Shown here piece by piece: positions 48,189 through 50,194 of a stretch of 50,194 bases of DNA. The stretch spans positions 1 to 50,194 of the forward strand of contig DATGNP010000071.1 of NCBI GenBank assembly GCA_035306665.1, read 5' to 3'. Position numbers and translations under genes: made by a program. Numbering within the stretch: the first letter of the stretch is position 1; each line of letters opens with the position of its first letter. The DNA comes from Trueperaceae bacterium. Lineage in GTDB: Bacteria; Deinococcota; Deinococci; Deinococcales; Trueperaceae. The notes beneath the pieces were generated by a model that saw only the letters and a list, made by a program, of their open reading frames with translations, was not told the origin of the DNA and did not search any database.

Positions 48189-48977
48189 TTAGGGCACGCC
48201 GGCGCCCCGGTCACGTCCCGCCACGCGCCTCGCCCTGAGCGCGAGGAACAACGGGATCTCGGGGTTCGAGCGCCCCTCCTCGTCCTTGACCGGGTCGGGC
48301 AGCTCGACGAGGGCGTCGACCCACAGACCCTCGGCGGCCAGCGCGTTCACGTAGTCCTGCAGCGGCCTGTGGAAGCTGATGGTGGCGCCGCGCGGCGCGC
48401 CCTTCCTCACCTCGGCGTACTCCTTCATCGGCACAGCCCCAGCCGTGAGGTAGCGCTCGACGCGCCGGTAGGTGAGCTTGCGCTTGGGGTCGTAGCCCCA
48501 GCCGCTGCCCCGCGGCGGCCGGAACGCAGGGTGGACCATGAAGGCCACGACGCGGCCGTCCGGCTTGAGGACCCGCGCCGTCGAGGCGAAGACCTGGTCG
48601 AGGGGGTCCATGTCCTGCAGGCTGAGCAGGAACACGGCCGCGTCGAAGGTGCCGGGCGCGGCCGACGTCGTGCCGGCGAGGTCGCGGGCGTCGCCCTCCT
48701 CGAACCGCCCGTCCTCGCCCCGGCGCCGGCGCGCCAGGCGGATCATCTGAGCGCTGGCGTCGACGCCGAGGTACTCGGCGCCGGCCTTGACGACGTGGAA
48801 CGCGAGCACGCCCGTGCCGCAGCCGACGTCGATCACGCGCTCGCCCCGCCTCAGGTCGGCCAGGCGCATCACGGTGGGGATCGCGGCCTTGCGGTGGTGT
48901 GGGCTGCCGCGCACGCCCACCGTGGCGTCGTACCAGCCCGCGACCGCGTCCCAGCTGGAGCGGCTGCCCCTCTTCAC
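48189..48977 (-). CDS. Class I SAM-dependent methyltransferase
   Basis: VIDVGCGTGVL motif I, YLGVDASAQM and LKPDGRVV. GTG at 48977 was chosen. The stop lies 9 nt before the next gene's start. Confidence 0.8.
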   Translation of the reverse strand: MKRGSRSSWDAVAGWYDATVGVRGSPHHRKAAIPTVMRLADLRRGERVIDVGCGTGVLAFHVVKAGAEYLGVDASAQMIRLARRRRGEDGRFEEGDARDLAGTTSAAPGTFDAAVFLLSLQDMDPLDQVFASTARVLKPDGRVVAFMVHPAFRPPRGSGWGYDPKRKLTYRRVERYLTAGAVPMKEYAEVRKGAPRGATISFHRPLQDYVNALAAEGLWVDALVELPDPVKDEEGRSNPEIPLFLALRARRVAGRDRGAGVP

Positions 48978-49232
48978 GCCGGGACTATACGCGGCCGCGA
49001 CGCGAGATGGCCCCCGGCCGAGCCGCCGCGCGGCCGGCCCGGCGCGTGCGCCCGCCGGGACCCGCCGCCGCAGGGACGCGAGCCCGTCGGGACGCGCGCC
49101 CACCGGATCGCGCGGCCGCCGGGTCGCGCGGCCGCCCCACCTCGTCCCCCGCCCGCCTGTCACGTCCCACGTTGTCTCGCGGCGCGGCGCCGCCCTTGAC
49201 ACCCGCCACCCGGTCTACATACGCTCCGGTCA

Positions 49233-49259
49233 ACCTGACACCTGATTCGCCCGTCAGGT
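49233..49259. promoter_or_regulatory. 7-bp inverted repeat upstream of the TetR gene, a candidate operator or leader hairpin
   Basis: ACCTGAC-N13-GTCAGGT, 38 nt upstream of the TetR ATG. A TTGACA hexamer lies at 49196-49201. Confidence 0.25.
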
Positions 49260-49296
49260 CTGGCGCTGGCCGGACCCTGGCGGCGGGACGAGGACG

Positions 49297-49932
49297 ATGA
49301 GCGAGCTACCCATCCCGAGCACGGCTCGGGGCGAGGCCACGAGGCGCAAGCTGCTGGACGCGGCGGAGGCGGAGATCGGCGAGAACGGCTACGCCGCCAC
49401 GTCGGTCGCCTCGATAACGCGCCGCGCCGGCGTCGCGCAGGGCACGTTCTACCTCTACTTCCCCAGCAAGAAGGACGCGCTGGTCGAGCTCGTCAGGCAC
49501 ATGGGGCACAGCCTCCGGCGAGCCCTGACCGAGGCGACCCGTGGCGCGACCGACCGGCTCGAGGCCGAGCGGCTCGGCTTCCAGGCGTTCGTCACGTTCT
49601 CCCTCGAGCACCAGAACCTCTACAAGGTCGTCATGGAGTCGCAGTTCGTGGAAGAGTCGGTGTACCGCGAGTACTACCAGACCCTCGCCGACGCCTACGC
49701 CGGGAACATCTCGCGGGCCCAGGGACGGGGGGAGGTGCGCGAAGGGGACCCGTCGGCGCTCGCGTGGGCGCTGATGGGCATCGCGCACTTCCTGGGCCTG
49801 CGCTTCCCCATCTGGGACCGCAGGCCGCCGCCGGCCGAGGTCATGGACACGGTCTTCGCGTTCATCCGCGCCGGCCTCGCCCCGCAGGAGAGCGGCGGCG
49901 CGGCGGCCGGGCCGGACGGCGAGGACGCGTGA
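49297..49932 (+). CDS. TetR/AcrR family transcriptional regulator
   Basis: TRRKLLDAAEAEIGENGYAATSVASITRRAGVAQGTFYLYFPSKKDAL is a canonical TetR N-terminal HTH. Confidence 0.85.
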   Translation: MSELPIPSTARGEATRRKLLDAAEAEIGENGYAATSVASITRRAGVAQGTFYLYFPSKKDALVELVRHMGHSLRRALTEATRGATDRLEAERLGFQAFVTFSLEHQNLYKVVMESQFVEESVYREYYQTLADAYAGNISRAQGRGEVREGDPSALAWALMGIAHFLGLRFPIWDRRPPPAEVMDTVFAFIRAGLAPQESGGAAAGPDGEDA

Positions 49933-50194
49933 GCGCGCCGGGGCCCGGCATCACCGGCATCGGCACCTACCTGCCCGCCGGACGGATGAGCTCTGCTGAG
50001 CTCGCCGCCGCCAGCGGGCTGCCCGAGTGGGTGGTGCGCGAGAAGCTCGGCGTCTCGGCCCGCGTCGTGCCCGGTCCCGACGACCACCCCACGGCGATGG
50101 GCGTGTGGGCGGCGGAGGCGGCCCTCGCCGACGCCGGCGTGAGGCCGGAGGACGTCGACGTCGTCGTCTCGATCACCGAGGAGTACAAGGAGTA
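49929..50194 (+). CDS. 3-oxoacyl-ACP synthase III (FabH-like) family protein, 5' fragment running off the window
   Basis: The GTGA start overlaps the TetR stop. ITGIGTYLPAGRMSSAELAAASGLPEWVVREKLGVSARVV ... DVDVVV matches the KAS III N-terminal pattern. It is truncated by the window end. Confidence 0.7.
   Translation, partial: MSAPGPGITGIGTYLPAGRMSSAELAAASGLPEWVVREKLGVSARVVPGPDDHPTAMGVWAAEAALADAGVRPEDVDVVVSITEEYKE

Overview
Very GC-rich, densely coding bacterial chromosomal segment. I support about 55 protein genes. I see no rRNA, tRNA, CRISPR array, transposase or integrase. Many long Arg/Pro/Gly-rich ORFs in the six-frame track are alternative-frame artefacts of the high GC content and are not called. 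The 7Fe ferredoxin is very close to the Thermus type as I remember it, so a Deinococcus-Thermus-like host is possible, but this is inference only.

Gene content is dominated by membrane energetics and stress or accessory functions:
- A complete N-type F-ATPase operon in the order atpD-C-Q-R-B-E-F-A-G (4092-10698). It is flanked by lipoprotein genes and a MarR regulator with a C-terminal 4-Cys module.
- A K+-independent-type membrane pyrophosphatase (hppA), a SulP/STAS permease, three universal stress protein genes and an HD-GYP phosphodiesterase.
- A patatin phospholipase with two cNMP-binding domains.
- A translationally coupled YcaQ/AlkZ-like glycosylase-AraC-VOC cassette.
- A GHMP kinase plus nucleotidyltransferase pair, and several methyltransferases, DinB proteins and transporters.

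The most unusual items:
- A roughly 300-nt stretch of locally low GC with nested long-range complementarity, in the 660-nt hppA-ferredoxin spacer (about 44393-44690). It is a candidate unclassified structured RNA.
- A bacterial eRF1/Pelota-like (baeRF/VLRF1-type) protein at 45315-46469, next to the ferredoxin gene. Its 3' end overlaps a convergent methyltransferase-secreted-membrane operon of unknown function.
- Features of the N-ATPase: a two-carboxylate c-subunit ion site, a b-delta fusion, and a duplicated atpF/atpA junction that creates a 16-codon bridging mini-ORF.

All functional calls come from recognising motifs in the translations. No database search was run.
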